From: Raja brachyura
Lineage: Eukaryota
Length of the DNA: 64,000 nucleotides
Direction of reading: 5' to 3'
NCBI GenBank assembly: GCA_963514005.1
Contig: OY740783.1
Span: 53,506,001 to 53,570,000, forward strand
This document shows positions 24,922 to 38,600 of the stretch, one piece after another. Positions within the stretch are counted from its first letter, which is position 1. Every line of letters begins with the position of its first letter. The notes under the pieces were generated by a model. That model did no database searches and was not told the origin of the DNA. It saw nothing but the letters and a program-made list of their open reading frames with translations. Both the position numbers and the translations under genes were made by a program.

Positions 24922-27361
24922 CAATTCTTAGATGGGTTGGATTCTTAGAGCAGCTTGTAATGGAGCCGACCAGTGAAAAGGCAATTCTGTATTTAGTATT
25001 GTCCAATGAACCAGATATGATAAGAGAACTCGAGGTAAAGGAACCGCTTGGAGGTAGTGATCATAATATGGTTCGTTTTAATCTGCAATTTGAGAAGGAG
25101 AACATTAAATCGAAAGTGTCAGTGATGCAGTTGAACAAAGGGGACTATGAAGGCAAGAGAGGGGTGATGGCCAAGGTATACTGTAAAGGGATCTTAGCAG
25201 GAATGATGGTGGAACAGCAATGGCAGGAATTTCTAGGCATAATCCAGAAGACGCAGGATCATTTCATTCCATAAAGGAAGAAAGATTCTAAGGGGAGTAG
25301 GAGGCAACTGTGGCTGGCAAGAGAAGTTAGGGATAGAATAAAACTAAAAGAAAAGATGTATAACACAGCAAAGAGTAGCCGGAAGCCAGAGGATTGGGAA
25401 ACTTTCATAGGACAACAGAAGGAAACAAAACGGGCAATACGGGCTGAAAAGATGAAGTATGAGGCGAAGCTGGCCAGGAATATAAAGGAGGACAGTAAAA
25501 GCCTCTTTAGATATGTTAAGGGAAAAAGAGTAGCAAAGTCAAATGTGGGTCTCTTGAAGGCAGACACGGGTTCCTTGTTGCCCACAAATTATTATGGGCA
25601 ACAAGGAAATGGCAGAAGAGTTGAATAAGTAATTTGGATCTGTCTTCACTGAGGAAGACACAAACAATCTCCCAGATGTACTAGAGGCCAGAGGAACTAA
25701 AGGGGTAGAGGAACTGAAATAAATTTTCATTTGGCGGGATATAGTATTGGGAAAGCTAATGGGACTGAAGGATGATAAATCCCCTGGGCCTGATGGTCTG
25801 CATCCCAGGGTCCTCGGGGAGGTGGCTCTAGAAATAGTGGACGCATTGGTGATCATTTTTCAATGTTCAATAGATTCAGGATCAGTTCCTGTGGATTGGA
25901 GGATAGCTAATGTTATCCCACATTTCAAGAGAGGAGCAAGAGAGAAAACAGGGAATTGCAGACCAGTTAGTCTGACTTCGGTGGTGGGAAATATGCTGGA
26001 GTCAATTACTAAAGAGGTAATAATGGGGCATTTGGATAGCAGTAAAAGGATTAGTCCAAGTCAACATGGGTTTATGAAAGGGAAATTATGCTTGACTAAT
26101 CTTCTGGAATTTTTTGAGGATGTGACAAGTAAAATGGATGAAGGGGTGCCAGTGGATGTAGTATATCTTTCAGAAAGCCTTTGGTAAGGTTCCGCATGGG
26201 AGACTGGTGGCTAAAATTCGAGCACATGGTATTGGGGGTAGGGTGTTGACATTGATAGAAAATTGGTTGGCAGACCGGAAGCAAAGAGTAGAAGTGAACG
26301 GGTCCTTTTCAGAATGGCAGGCAGTGGCGAGTGGAGTGCTGCAAGGCTCAGTGTTGGGGCCGCAACTGTTTACCATATATATTAATGATTTGGAAGAGGA
26401 AATTAGGAGCAACACTAGCAGGTTTGCGGATGATACAAAGCTGGGTGGCAGTGTGAACTGTGAAAAGGATATTAGGAGGTTGCAGGGTGACCTGGACAGG
26501 TTGAGTGAGTGGGCAGATGCGTGGCAGATGCAGTATAATATAGATAAATGTGAGGTTATCCCCTTTGGTGGCAAAAATAAGGGGGCAGATTATTATCTCA
26601 ATGGGGTAAGGTTAGATAAGGGGGAGGTACAGCGAGACCTGGGTGTCCTTGTACACCGGTCACTGAAAGCTGGCGTGCAGGCACAGCAGGCAGTTAAGAA
26701 AGCTTGTGAAATGTTGACCTTCATAACAAGAGGATTTCAGTATCAGAGTAAAGAGGTTCTTTTGCAGTTGTATAGGACTCTGGTGAGACCACATCTGGAG
26801 TATTGTGTACAGTTTTGGTCTCCTAATTTGAGGAAGGACATCCTTGTGATTAAGGCAGTGCAGCGTAGGTTCACGAGATTGATCCCTGGGATGGCGGGAC
26901 TGTCATATGAGGAAAGATTGAAAAGACTAGGCTTGTATTCACTGGAGTTTAGAAGGATGAGGGGGAATCTTATAGAAACATATACAATTATAAAAGGACT
27001 GGACAAGCTAGATGCAGGAAAAATGTTCCCAATGTTGGCCGAGTCCAGAACCAGGGGCCACAGTCTTAGAATAAAGGGGAGGTCATTTAAGACTGAGGTG
27101 AGAAAACACTTTTTCACCCAGAGAGTTGTGAATTTATTGAATTCCATGCCACAGAGGGCAGTGGAGACCAAATCACTGGATGGATTTAAGAGAGAGTTAG
27201 ATAGAGCTCTAGGGGCTAGTGGAGTCAAGGGTTATGGGGAGGAGGCAGACACGGGTTATTGATAGGGGACGATCAGCCATGATCATAATGAATGGCGGTG
27301 CTGGCTCAAAGGGCTGAATGGCCTTCTCCTGCACCTATTTCCTATGTTTATATGTTTCTAT
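24922..27361 (+). mobile_element. Young 5'-truncated CR1 (~2.4 kb) nested inside another CR1
   Basis: Endonuclease end (LGGSDHNMV), RT domain, and the 351 aa ORF 26207-27262 (FADDTK, LVRPHLEYCVQFWSP), then 3' UTR and tail. Apparent TSD gaaac. Stops and frameshifts are present. Confidence 0.92.
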
Positions 27362-27599
27362 GAAACAAAGAGTGGGGATTAATGGGTTCCTTTCAGAATG
27401 GCAGGCAGTGAATAGTGGGGTACCGCAAGGCTCGGTTCTGGGACAGCAGCTATTTACAATATATATTAATGATTTAGATGAAGGGATTACAAGTAACATT
27501 AGAAAATTTGCAGATGATACAAAGCTGGGTGGCAGTGTGAACAGTGAGGAGGATGCTATGAGAATGCAGAGTGACTCTTGTCTATTGTCTATTGTCTAT

Positions 27600-28595
27600 T
27601 GTGTAAGATATCCTCTCATCCTTCTAAATTCAAGTGTATACAAACCCAGCTGCTCCCTTCTTTCAATATGTGGATAAATGTGAGTTTATTCACTTTGCCT
27701 CTGAGGGAGTGCAGCCTAGGTTTACAAGGTTACTTCCTTGGTCATGGATACCCCCAACATAGGGAACATGTTTCCTACCTCTAGTGTGTCCAATCCTTTA
27801 ATAATCTTATATGTTTCAATAAGCTATCCTCTCATCCTTTTAGATTCCGGTATACAGGGCCAGCCACTCCATTCTATACTTATGATGTTCCTGCCATTCT
27901 GGGAATTAACCATGTGAACCTGTGCTGCACTTCCTCAATAGCAAGTATGTCCTTCCTCAAATTTGGAGAGCAAAACTGCACACAATACTCCAGGTGTGGT
28001 CTCACTAGGGCCCTGTACAACTGCAGAAGGACCTCTTTGCTCCTATACTCAACTCTTGTTATGAAGGCCAACATGACGTTCGCTTTCTTCACTGCCTGCT
28101 GTACCTGCATGCTTACTTTCATTGACTGATGAACAAGGACCCCCAGAGTCCGTTGTACTTCCCCTTTTCCCAACTTGACACCATTTAGATAATAATCTTC
28201 CTTCCTGTTTTTGCTACCAAAGTGGATTACCTCACATTTAGCCACATTTAAAGTGCATCTACCAATAGACAAGAGTAGCCCACACGGCCCTTCAAGACTG
28301 ATCAGCCAATCAATGTGATCATGGCTGATCATCCACAATCAGTACCCTGTTCCTGCCTTCTCCCCATATCCCCTGACTCCGCTATCTTCAAGAGCCCTAT
28401 CTCTTGAAAGTTTCCAGAGAACCGGCCTCCAAAATTCGAGAAGATTAGTCAAGCATGATTTCTTCTTCATAAATCCATGCTGCCTCAGACCGATCCTGTT
28501 AATGCTATCCAAATGTGCCGCTATTTCATCTTTTATAATTGACTCCAGCATGTTCCCCACCACCGATGTCAGGCTAACTGGTCTATAATTCCAGT
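27600..28595 (-). mobile_element. Mosaic of CR1 fragments, mostly minus strand
   Basis: ORFs 27880-28338 and 28339-28563 join non-contiguous CR1 parts. Confidence 0.8.
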
Positions 28596-28699
28596 TATTA
28601 AAAGATAGTTGAACTCAAAGGGTGTTATGAAAGCTTTAATGTCAAATAGAAGCTGAATTCTGAATTGTGCTGCCTGATCATGGCTCAGTGTTGCAATTA

Positions 28700-29365
28700 A
28701 GATGTTTGCAGCTACAAACCCAGTTCAGGGAGCGTGAAAGCTACATTGACATTCTAATGCAATGCTGGAGAAATGCTGCAATGTCAGAAGCACTCCCTTT
28801 CTGATGCACCATTAAAGTAATTTCATGCCTTCCCATTATGATGGATACAACAAATCATTCAGTACTATTTTAAAGATGGATGGGACAGTCATCACTTTGA
28901 GTTCTGGCCAATATTTATCTACCGGTCAGTTTCGATAACAACAGAATAGCCAATGCTTTGCTGTGTGCGCATTGTGACACAATGGCAATAGCTGGTAGAG
29001 CTGATGCATCACAGCACCAGAGATTCGGGTTCAATCCTGACCTCTGGTGCTGTCTATGTGGAGTTTGCACATTCTCCCTTTTTTTGAGTAGGTTTCCTCC
29101 GGGTGCTTTAGTTTCCTCCCACACTCCAAAGACATATGGGTTTGTTGGCTAATTAGCTTTTGTAACATTGCGTCTTTATAGGGAGTAGATGAGAAAATTG
29201 AATAACATAGAACTATTGATCGACGGTCAGAAAGAGCTGAAGGGACTGTTTCCATGCTGGAAATTGGGTGCTCCGCACAAAAAATTGGCTGTTGCTGTCT
29301 ATCCTAGAATATTGCCATGATGTACTCAATAGGTTTTGCACAGTGCTTTGGAACCTCCTAAATCC
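28700..29365 (+). mobile_element. Deu-domain SINE interrupted by a V-SINE (~28975-29258)
   Basis: gctgcaatgtcagaag..ctggccaatatttatc lies before the V-SINE and aaaattggctg..gtgctttggaacctcc after it. Confidence 0.6.
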
Positions 29366-29374
29366 CCTAAAATT

Positions 29375-30512
29375 AAAAAGGCTATTGGAGTCTTTCTTTC
29401 AAAATTGGCTTGATTCAGGTGTTCTCTTACTTAACTTCACATGAAGTCCAGATTACTTTAAATATCTACAAATTAGAGACTATGCTAAGTCAAATACACA
29501 TGACTATAGAGTTAGAAAGATAGAAATTTTTGATGAATGTTTGAATAAACATCCGAACACAGAAAAATCAATATCATATATTTATAATATTCTATTAGAT
29601 AATGATGCACCCAAGACGGAATTATATAGGCAATCATGGGAAAACGAATTAGGTCAAACAAAAAGGCCAGAAATTTGGGATGAAAGCTTACAACATATAC
29701 ATCACTGTTCGTTAAATGCTAGACATTCCTTAATACAATTTAAAGTATTACATAGATTGCATTATTCAAAAACCAAATTGACTAGAATTTTCCCATGCGT
29801 TTCCCCTATTTGTGATAAATGTCAACATTTAGAGGCTAATCTAACGCACACATTCGTAAGCTGTATAAAAATTAATATTTTTTGGATGAAACTTTTTAAG
29901 ATAATTTCGGAAGTCGTCAATACCAAATTGGTCCCTGATTCAAAATTAATAATATTAGGAATAATTGAACAAAATCAATTATTTACATCAAATCAAAGAA
30001 CCTTTATCGATTATAGTTTAATAATTGGGAAAAAGTTAATATTAAAATTTTGGAAAGGCCCTATAACCCCCACAATTAAAATGTGGACTACGGAAATGTT
30101 GGAGACCTTATATTTGGAAAGATTAAGATTTGTCTTAATGGACAAACAAGAATTATTTAAAATAATATGGTCCCCATTTATTGAATATTTGAAGGGGCAA
30201 ACTGGTTCGGCACGAGAACCCGACTGAAACCTGAATCAAAGAATAGATGAAGAATTACATTTCATAAAACACGGATATATCTCCAACGATGCATAATCTA
30301 TTGAACGCTCCATTCTTCAACTTTTTTTTCCTCTTTTTTGTTTTCTCTCTCTCTATTAATTTCTATCTTTATAAAAATTGGAAAAAATATATAGAAGTAC
30401 AATTACTATACAATTGTTAATATAAATAACATTGATAATGTATGACTACAATGAACAAAATGCTTTTTATTATGTATTTACGTCTAATTAAAACAATTTA
30501 ACAAAAAAAAAG
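29375..30512 (+). mobile_element. L1-type LINE 3' fragment with an open C-terminal zinc-binding ORF (29541-30227)
   Basis: IQFKVLHRLHYS..CDKC..ANLTHTFVSC..FW (CCHC, zf-RVT-like), AT-rich 3' UTR and poly-A at ~30503-30511. Confidence 0.85.
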
Positions 30513-31059
30513 AAGTCTATATTTTGATCATATAACCTGAATGACAATATTTTGTTCTCAAATAAATTCACTTCACAATCACTGAGACACGTCTAACATT
30601 GAGAATCTCTGCATTTTTAATAGGAAGATGCTAAGAAAGTACAACTGCAAGAAGAAATAGATTTTAGCCATTTCTGGAAAAAAGATTGAATGTGGAGAAA
30701 TTCTACAAACTGAATGTGCTGGCAAAATACATATGGATATTTGACAACAATATGCAGAGGGAAGGTGCTGTGCGCTAATTATTATCATGGAAAAATAAAG
30801 GCATAAATTGGAGACAGGCATCCCAAAAATTGAATTATAGTGAAAATTCAAAATTGGAACATTTGTACATCGAGGATTTATTGTATTCTCTTGTGTATTA
30901 GGTTGTACTATTTTCAATTTAATTCCCCGAAGTTTGAGGCTACAATCACAACAGGTTAATTTATTTAAACCTATATTATTAATAACATTGATGGAGTTTG
31001 ATTTAATTTTCCCGAGAGCGAAGACAGAAAATAATGACTAGCCAGCAGAGGGCATTAGT

Positions 31060-31655
31060 TGTCATCATCATAATCATAATTATAATCATATTTTAATAGC
31101 CAATTATGTTTTGCAACATATGCGGAATTTCATCTGCCTTACAGTTATACCAATAAAAAGAAAGAGAACACACAAACTACATTTTTACATGAACATCCAC
31201 CACAGTGACTTCTCCGCATTTTTCACAATGATGGAAAGCGAAAAAAAGCCGTTCTCCCTTCTTTGTCCTCTAGCGGTCGGGGGCTTCTAACCTTCCGTTG
31301 ACATGATGATCTTACTCCCATAGCCGTCGACAGGCCTTCCTTGTGGGGGCGATCAAGCTCCTGCACCGGGGGGGAATCTCAGCTCCTCCGTGCCGGGCGA
31401 TCTACCCCGGGTCAGGGCTAGTCGAACGTCGTGCGGCTTTAGAGCTTCCTGATGTCGGTCTCAACCCAAGACTGCGAGACCCAAGAAATCCGCAGTCCAC
31501 CGTTGGAACGTCGATCCCAGGCAAGGGATCGGCTCCAATGGTAAGTCCACGTCCCCGCGGCCGGGCTCAAAGTCAGTCCCGAGCAAGGCCTCCAGCTCCA
31601 CGATGTTAGGCCGCAGAGCGACCGGAGATCCGGAAAACAATCAATCTCCAGCAAG
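31060..31655 (-). mobile_element. GC-rich SINE-like element with (ATT/ATG)n tail
   Basis: Shares a ~130 bp core with 50270-50710 and 45483-46350. Has a subterminal hairpin ccatcattgtga..tcactgtggtgg. Confidence 0.65.
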
Positions 31656-31942
31656 ATCATACTGTTAATGACTAAAATTATTTGGACAATCTCATGACTT
31701 CAGCTCCATCACTGGACATGGAATCTACCATGGTCACTGCAGTTGAGGCATGGTAAACTGGCATGAATACTGGAATGATGTTAGTCATTCCGCAGGGTAA
31801 TGTAGTGGTGGTGAATTGGGCAAGTAACCTGTAACCTGCAGAAGGGGAGTTCAAGTCCCACTCAGTACAAATTAAATTGGGGTAGGGGTGGTGGGGGCTG
31901 TGTTTGCAATAAATTATTTTAGGGAGTGGCATTATAGTGCAA

Positions 31943-32240
31943 GGGGCACAGTGGCCCAGCAGTAGAGTTGCTGCCTTACAGCGCCAGAGAGCAGGGTTTG
32001 ATCCTGACTATGGGTGTTGTTTACACAGAGTTTGTATGTTCTACCTGTGATCTGCATGGGTTTTCTCTGGGTGCTCCGGTTTCCGCCCAAAGAAGTGCAG
32101 GCTTGTAGGTTAATTGGCTTCTATAAATTGTAAATTGCTCCTTGTGTGTAAGATAGTGTTAGTGTACGGTGTGATCGCTGGCCAGCATGTACCCAGTGCG
32201 CCAAAGGGCCTGTTTCCACGCTCTATCTCTAAAGTCTAAA
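31943..32240 (+). mobile_element. V-SINE (HE1-like)
   Basis: tRNA head, V core and CR1-like 3' end. Confidence 0.85.
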
Positions 32241-32334
32241 GGAAAGTCTAACAATTTTATGATTGATTAGGACACAAAAGTCATGGACACAATTCTAAGC
32301 CAACCCATCTCATCAGAACCAGAAGCATATCTTT

Positions 32335-33290
32335 AGGTAGATGAAAATGCTGGAGAAACTCAGCGGGTGCGGCAGCATCTATGGAGCGAAGGAAATAGGC
32401 AACGCTTCGGGTCGAAACCCTTCTTCAGACTGATGTGAGGGTGGGTGGGGCAGGTGGAAGAAAGGAAGAGGTGGTGCCAGAGGGCTGAGGGAGAGCTGAG
32501 AAGGGGAGGAGAAAGTAAGGGCTACCTGAAATTAGAGAAGTCAATGTTCATACTGCTGGGGTGCAAACTGCCCAAGCAAAATATGAGGTGCTGCTCCTCC
32601 AATTTATGGTGGTCCTCACTCTGGCCATGGAGAGGGCCCAGGACAGAAAGGTGAGATTCCAAATGGGAGGGGGAGTTGAAGTGCTGAGCCACCGGGAGAT
32701 CAGGTTGGTTATTGCGAACCGAGCGGAGGTGTTCGGCAAAGCGATCACCGATGTAGAGCAACTGACATCTAGAGCAGCGGATGCAATAGATGAGGTTGGA
32801 GGAGGTGCAGGTGAACCTCTGCCGCACCGGGAAAGACTGCTTGGGTCCCCTTGAGTCAAGGGGGGAGGTAAAGCGACAAGTGTAGCATTTTTTGCGGTTG
32901 CAAGGGAAAGTGCCCAGAGAGGGGGTGGTTCGGGTGGGAGGGACAAATTGACCAGGGAGTTACGGAGGGAGCGGTCTCTGCGGAAAGCAGACAAGGAAGG
33001 AGATGGAAAGATGTGGGAAGTGGTGGGATCATGTTGGAAGTGGCGAAAATGTCGGAGGATTATTTGTTGTATGTGATAGCTGGTAGGGTGGAAGGTGAGG
33101 GCAAGGGGGACTCTGCTCTTGTTACGAGTAGGGGGATGAGGAGTGAGAGCAGAGTCACGGGGTATATAAGAGACCCTGGTGAGAGTCTCATCTACGGTAG
33201 AAGAGGGGAACCCCCGTTCCCTGAAGAATGAGGACATCTCCGATGCCCCTGTGTGGAACACCTCGTCCTGGGTGCAGATGCAGCGTAGAT
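32335..33290 (-). mobile_element. 5'-truncated Penelope-like element (GIY-YIG), second copy
   Basis: FTCTSSNLIYCIRCSRCQLLYIG..FAEH..VAQHFN with a small deletion. Pseudo-LTR with hammerhead motif at ~32401-32428. Confidence 0.9.
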
Positions 33291-33599
33291 GGTGTAGAGT
33301 TAGGACGATGTCTTTAGCACAGTTTCTACATTGGTTTTTGGCAAGTAAGGAATCTTGGTAGGAATAGAGTGACGGTGACAAATTTAAATAATTAACTAAC
33401 TTAAATGAATATTTTAAGGCAGACATAATGGTTAGATGACTTGTTATGGCTGGTCCTGTCTGATGGAAACAGTTGAAATCTTCTGCAATCACATTGGCAG
33501 TTAATGCTTGCAGCTTGAGTAACATTGGCTCAGGGTTGATAAGTTTGAATCTGGGATTCAGACACAGCAATGTATCAGAGAGGGGGATATATTTGTTTC

Positions 33600-35670
33600 A
33601 TGAGGCAGTCACACATCTTTGATTAAAAATTTTGGAAATGGTCAGTGAAATGTGAGGGCCGTGAATATGCGGATCCAGAAGATAATAGTGCAGGAGTTTC
33701 AATCTTTATACTTTTTCAACAGATATAAGGTTCTTGCACCTTATGCTGATAAGATCATAAGTTATAAGGTCATAAGTGATACGAACAGAATTAGGCCATT
33801 CGGCTCATCAAGTCTGCTCCACCATTCAATCATGGCTGATCTATCTCTCTTTCCTAACCCCATTCTCCCCAACCCAATAAGCAAACTGACTGTTAAACAA
33901 TTTATACACATGGTCAATTAACTTAGGGAGTGAAGCAGGAATATAAAAGGAGATAGATAGTAATCTCTGAGGCATGAAGCATGTCCAGAAGTCCATGTTG
34001 CCTGCCTGGTATCAGGGTTTTGGACATCTATCCAGGCCCGGAGAGGAACACAGAATAAGGGGGGGGGGGGGGGGGGGGTGATATAGTTTGTGCTCTATCT
34101 TGATACAATTGATGTAGTTGGGACAATGGAAATTCTGCTGAAGGAATATAAACAGCTAGGGATAGGAATATAAGCAGCTAGAACCATGGACAAAAATAAT
34201 GGCCGCTGGATTATTTCGTGAGCTATGTGCAAATCGATTTAGCATCAAATAATTTAATATGTGGCTCAAAGAATGGTGTGGGAGAAATGGATTTCAATTT
34301 ATGGGGCAATCATTGGAATCATTAACAGGGAAGTTGGAAATTGTTGCATTCCAAGTAATGTTACTTATATTACACTAGGATGCATGTCCGAGCAAATAGG
34401 ATGACCAAAGTTTAAACTGATAAACTGTAAGAAGGACCAAGTTAGAACATTCCAGAGAAAGGACAAAATGACAGAATATGGTAGAAAAATAGTTAACAAT
34501 GGCTTGAGCCTGACAGGAAGAAACACTGAGTGCAAGCATGACTGCATGTCTAATTAGAGTCAGAGCATAAAAAAATGGTAAGAAGACAAAACTGAATGCT
34601 CTTTATGACTGCATTTTAAAGGACTCTCCTAATTTTAGAGTCAATAAATAGGCATCTAATGTAGGAATCTTTGGTGTTTAAGTGTTCCAGAGATTAGTTT
34701 AGGACGAGGGAGATAGGAAGTCAATAATAATGACATCCTACCACAACCAGAGAGTAGTGCTCAAATACTATCTTCCTTTTTGACTACTATCCTTGACCGG
34801 ACTTTACTGGCTTTATCTTGCACTAAACATTATTCCCTTATTACGTATCTACACACTGTAAATGGATCCGGTGTAATCATGTATTGTCTTTCTGCTGACT
34901 GGTTAGCACACAACAAAAAATCTTTTCACTGTACCTCGGTACACGTGACAATAAACTAAACTGAACTGAACTGAACAAATAGGAAACCAAGTAGCATATG
35001 GCCCTTTCTTGCACAAGAGTAATGACAAGAGTAATGCATTTGTTTAGGTGCTGGTGAGCGCTATCAAATATTGTGTAGTGGTCTAATCTCACTATCAAGG
35101 AGATGCTATACTTGCGCTAGAGGGGAAATAGTTTCTGGAAATAGGTTCTGAGCAGATATGCAATCTGCCCATTCCCTGCACAGATGCTGCCTGATCTGTT
35201 GAGTTCCTCCAACATTTTACTTTTATAGTGCAGTGACGTTCCACTTGATTGATGCCAAATTTACATTATGAGGAGTGCTTAGGTAGAATAGGCCAATGCT
35301 TTTAAGGTTAGGAGTCACAATACAATTTAAAATGTATAAAATTCTTTAAGTGGCTTAATAGGATAGAACAGGGACCAGGTTCCTTTTGTCTGAGCTGTCC
35401 AGAATCAAGATTCACAATATCAGAAAAAAAGGTCAAACCATACAGGAGAAAGATGAGAAGAAATTTCCTCAGCTGGCAGGTAATGAATCTGTGAAGTTCC
35501 CTCCTAAGAGGGCAAAAGAAGCTCAATTCTGAGGTGGAAATATTCATATGTTAAGGAAACCATGGTTGGTGCAGATAAATGGCTCTGGGGTAAAATTCCA
35601 GCCATAATCGTATAGAACTGCAGGGCAGGAACAAAGGACCCCAAGGTCTATTCCTGCTATTGTTTCTTGT
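33600..35670 (+). mobile_element. Ancient, deleted CR1 (ORF1 esterase-like relic through 3' UTR) with younger inserts
   Basis: tgcctgcctggtatcagggttttggacatc (CLPG.RV.DI-like) at ~34000, tggctcaaagaatggtgtggg, and a 3' CR1 region at 35260-35670. Confidence 0.55.
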
Positions 35671-38600
35671 GTGATGGGATGGTTGCAGTCATTATCACCA
35701 GTTGATATTTCTCGTCATTGAAGTCAATGGAGGACAACATTACTGAGGCATCTGATGGTAATATCAACACTCCGTTCTGTCCTGTTGGTTAACGGCAAGC
35801 TGGGTTAGGCTAACGTGACCCCTTGATCTGGTACATAACACCCATATCACTTTTGTTGCTTTTTAATATCTGGGAATCTAACCACAAACGTCTATAGAAT
35901 AAAGCTACATCAATCAGCCCTCAGAGGACGAAATTTACTGAGTGGACATCAATGTAAAAATAGGGAATAAATAGTAATCCCATTAAATGTTAGATTTGAT
36001 AATCGACACACAATGACACCGTACATATTCTTTCAATCTCGTTAAAATATGAAGAAAAAATCCTGTAATACCCACATTTTATATTCGGTAGCTATTTGGC
36101 TTTGGTATGCAAACATTTATATATTGAGCACCATTGTTCTGCGTATAAAGCAAGTGATCCGTCCCTTGCCCCGATCAAAGTCACATAGACATTTGTTTCA
36201 TCCAACAGCGAAGGTTCCCTTGCAGATTCCTCTACACTTTTAGATTTGATGACAAAACGTTGTCATAACTTTCCACCATATTAGAAAATGTCGAGATTTA
36301 CAAATGCACTCACCAGGGTAATACGTATTTGACAATTTAAAAAAATGGTTCAAAAAAGCACAAAGTTGCGGAATCTTGCAACGCGTGGATAATTGAAAGC
36401 GGCTGAGACCACACACTCGCCTTAAAATTGGAGCTAGTATTGAACATTTGGTTCAAGTAGTTTAATTATAGCACATCACCTTTCTCAGTTAAAACATTAT
36501 TACGCTCGCAAGACTGATTGCCTAATTTTAAAACGTACATGATTTTGTTCAATGATCGCAGGCGATTCCAATTAATAATTGGCGGTTTAGATAGTAGAAC
36601 GGAAAATAAAGGCCCCCCACATCATGTATTTTAGGCGTGACCTTTTATTTCAGTATCAGTGCAAGCCTTCGTTGTGTCTTTCTACAGGTCATATTTTATG
36701 TGGATTCTGAAGTCTAAAGTCGCCTGAAAGGATGGGAAACAAGAAGGCATAATTTACTATCATATATATTGGAATAGAAAAAAAACCCAAGGGTAATGAA
36801 GGAATATTTAAGAATTAAAATGTCTTTACAGTTTGTATTCTATCAACCGTAGTTCTATAAGAAAACGCTATTCATTATTTCAGTATTTCAAAATCGGTAC
36901 CTTGAATGATCGTGATGGTAGGTTATGGAGACTCAAATACAAAAACTAAATATCACTCCGAAATTGCAGCAACGATTATATAATAGACGACATCCTTTTA
37001 TGTGTACATTCATACGATAATAAAGTAACCGCCTTCCTACCTGTGGGATATTTTCCCTCTGAATAGTTCAGTAGAATAGCATACCATTTTTAGTGTAAGT
37101 GCCCGGTATACATGCTTATTAAGTTCGGACAGAGCCTAATGATGTTTCACTTGATAGCTAATGCCATAATGGTCGGTTTTTCCAAGTCACCGGGAACAGA
37201 AATGGGTGCTTTAGTCTTTGTATTCAACTATTTGCCAAAGAAGATAGACGCAAAATGCTGGAGTAACTCAACGGGTCAAGCAACATCTCTGGAGGAAAGG
37301 AATATGTGACGCTTCGGGTCGAAACACTTCTTCAGATTCATGTCCTAAGTTTAGTAATGAGCATCGTGTGTGTGTGTGGCATAAATGAATAATCTCTTTG
37401 ATAGTAGAGGAATCTTTCTCTTCATCAGACAAGCATACTATGATATTCTTCTAACCTTCAGGTCCTGAAGCATTTACTCTTTTTTCACAGATGCTGGACC
37501 TTACGCATTTTCAGCGTTGGTTCCCCACTATTGTAATAATTTGTTTGGTAATCTCGCCAACTCTTCTAAATGTGCACAAGCACACGTGTTCGAATTCACC
37601 TTTACCAACAGAAGATCAAACGCTCTTCCACTATTTCTTACTGTCAACATTAAAATATTGTTTATCTTAAAGATAATCTTTGCACACACAATCCTAAACT
37701 AAGAAGTAGAACCAAGAAATCGGCAGTTGCTGGTTTACAAAAAAAAACAGTCCCGACCCGAAACGTCACCTATCCATCTTCTCCCGTGATGTTGCCTGGC
37801 CCGCGGAGTTACTCCAGCACTTTGTGCCTTTTTAGAAAACGTCCTAACTGACTCCGTTTTCTTTCGATGGTCCCGACCCACACTTAAAAACTTAATGAAA
37901 ATATAGATCTTTGAAAAAAATCACGAAAAGGCAAACCATGGAATGGGAACACGAGGCAACGTAAAGCAAAGAGGACTGATCTGTTGAATTGTACCTACGC
38001 AATCGCTGATTTAAAGTTTCACGTTTGTGCATAACACAACAACAGGAGGATTGATTCTTATCTCAAGCGACCGGCCCAGATGGTACAATGTCGGATGGAG
38101 GGACATAAGCGCTGGATGGCCAGCTCTTGGAATGCACTTTTGTTTAGTTCATGAAGTGCTAACTTTCTTTCACGAGGATCGCAATACTTTGGTTTAGTCA
38201 TGTGTTATATTTAAACGTGTAAATTAGAATACTGATCCTTACTCAAGATGGACACAAAAAGCTGGAGTAACTAAGTGGATCAGGCACTGATCTCTGGAGA
38301 GAAGGAATGGTAGACGTTTCGGGTGGAGACCCTTCTTGGCTGATCCTTACAACTTTAGCGATTTACAAATATCACAATTAAAGTATATATCTAAGGAATA
38401 CAATAAGTGATTTAGCTTAGTTTGTGAGGTAACTGGAAAGACAAATTGAAATATGAATACATTTCCAATCTAGAAATTAGATTGTAGATCATCTTACTTC
38501 GAAGACATGGGGTTTGGTGAAGAATTTGGTAAAACACTCATTTAACCAGTTGTATTCCTTTTGCCTCTCATTTTTTCCATCCATTTAATTTCGGCTCCAG

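Larger units (their letters stand above)
23850..27570 (+). mobile_element. Host CR1 ORF2 carrying nested insertions
   Basis: KSPGPDGL.PRVLKE, SQHGF.KGKSCLTNLL and SGVPQGSVLG..KFADDTK motifs. The host breaks near 24921 and resumes near 27362. Confidence 0.85.

Noticed and set aside
26207-27262. 351 aa RT ORF as a functional gene or retron/DGR-type system
   Set aside because: It is the C-terminal part of a CR1 ORF2; the upstream portion has stops and frameshifts, and the context is eukaryotic.
32548-33570. 340 aa ORF as a host gene
   Set aside because: Read-through from unique DNA into a frameshifted Penelope element.
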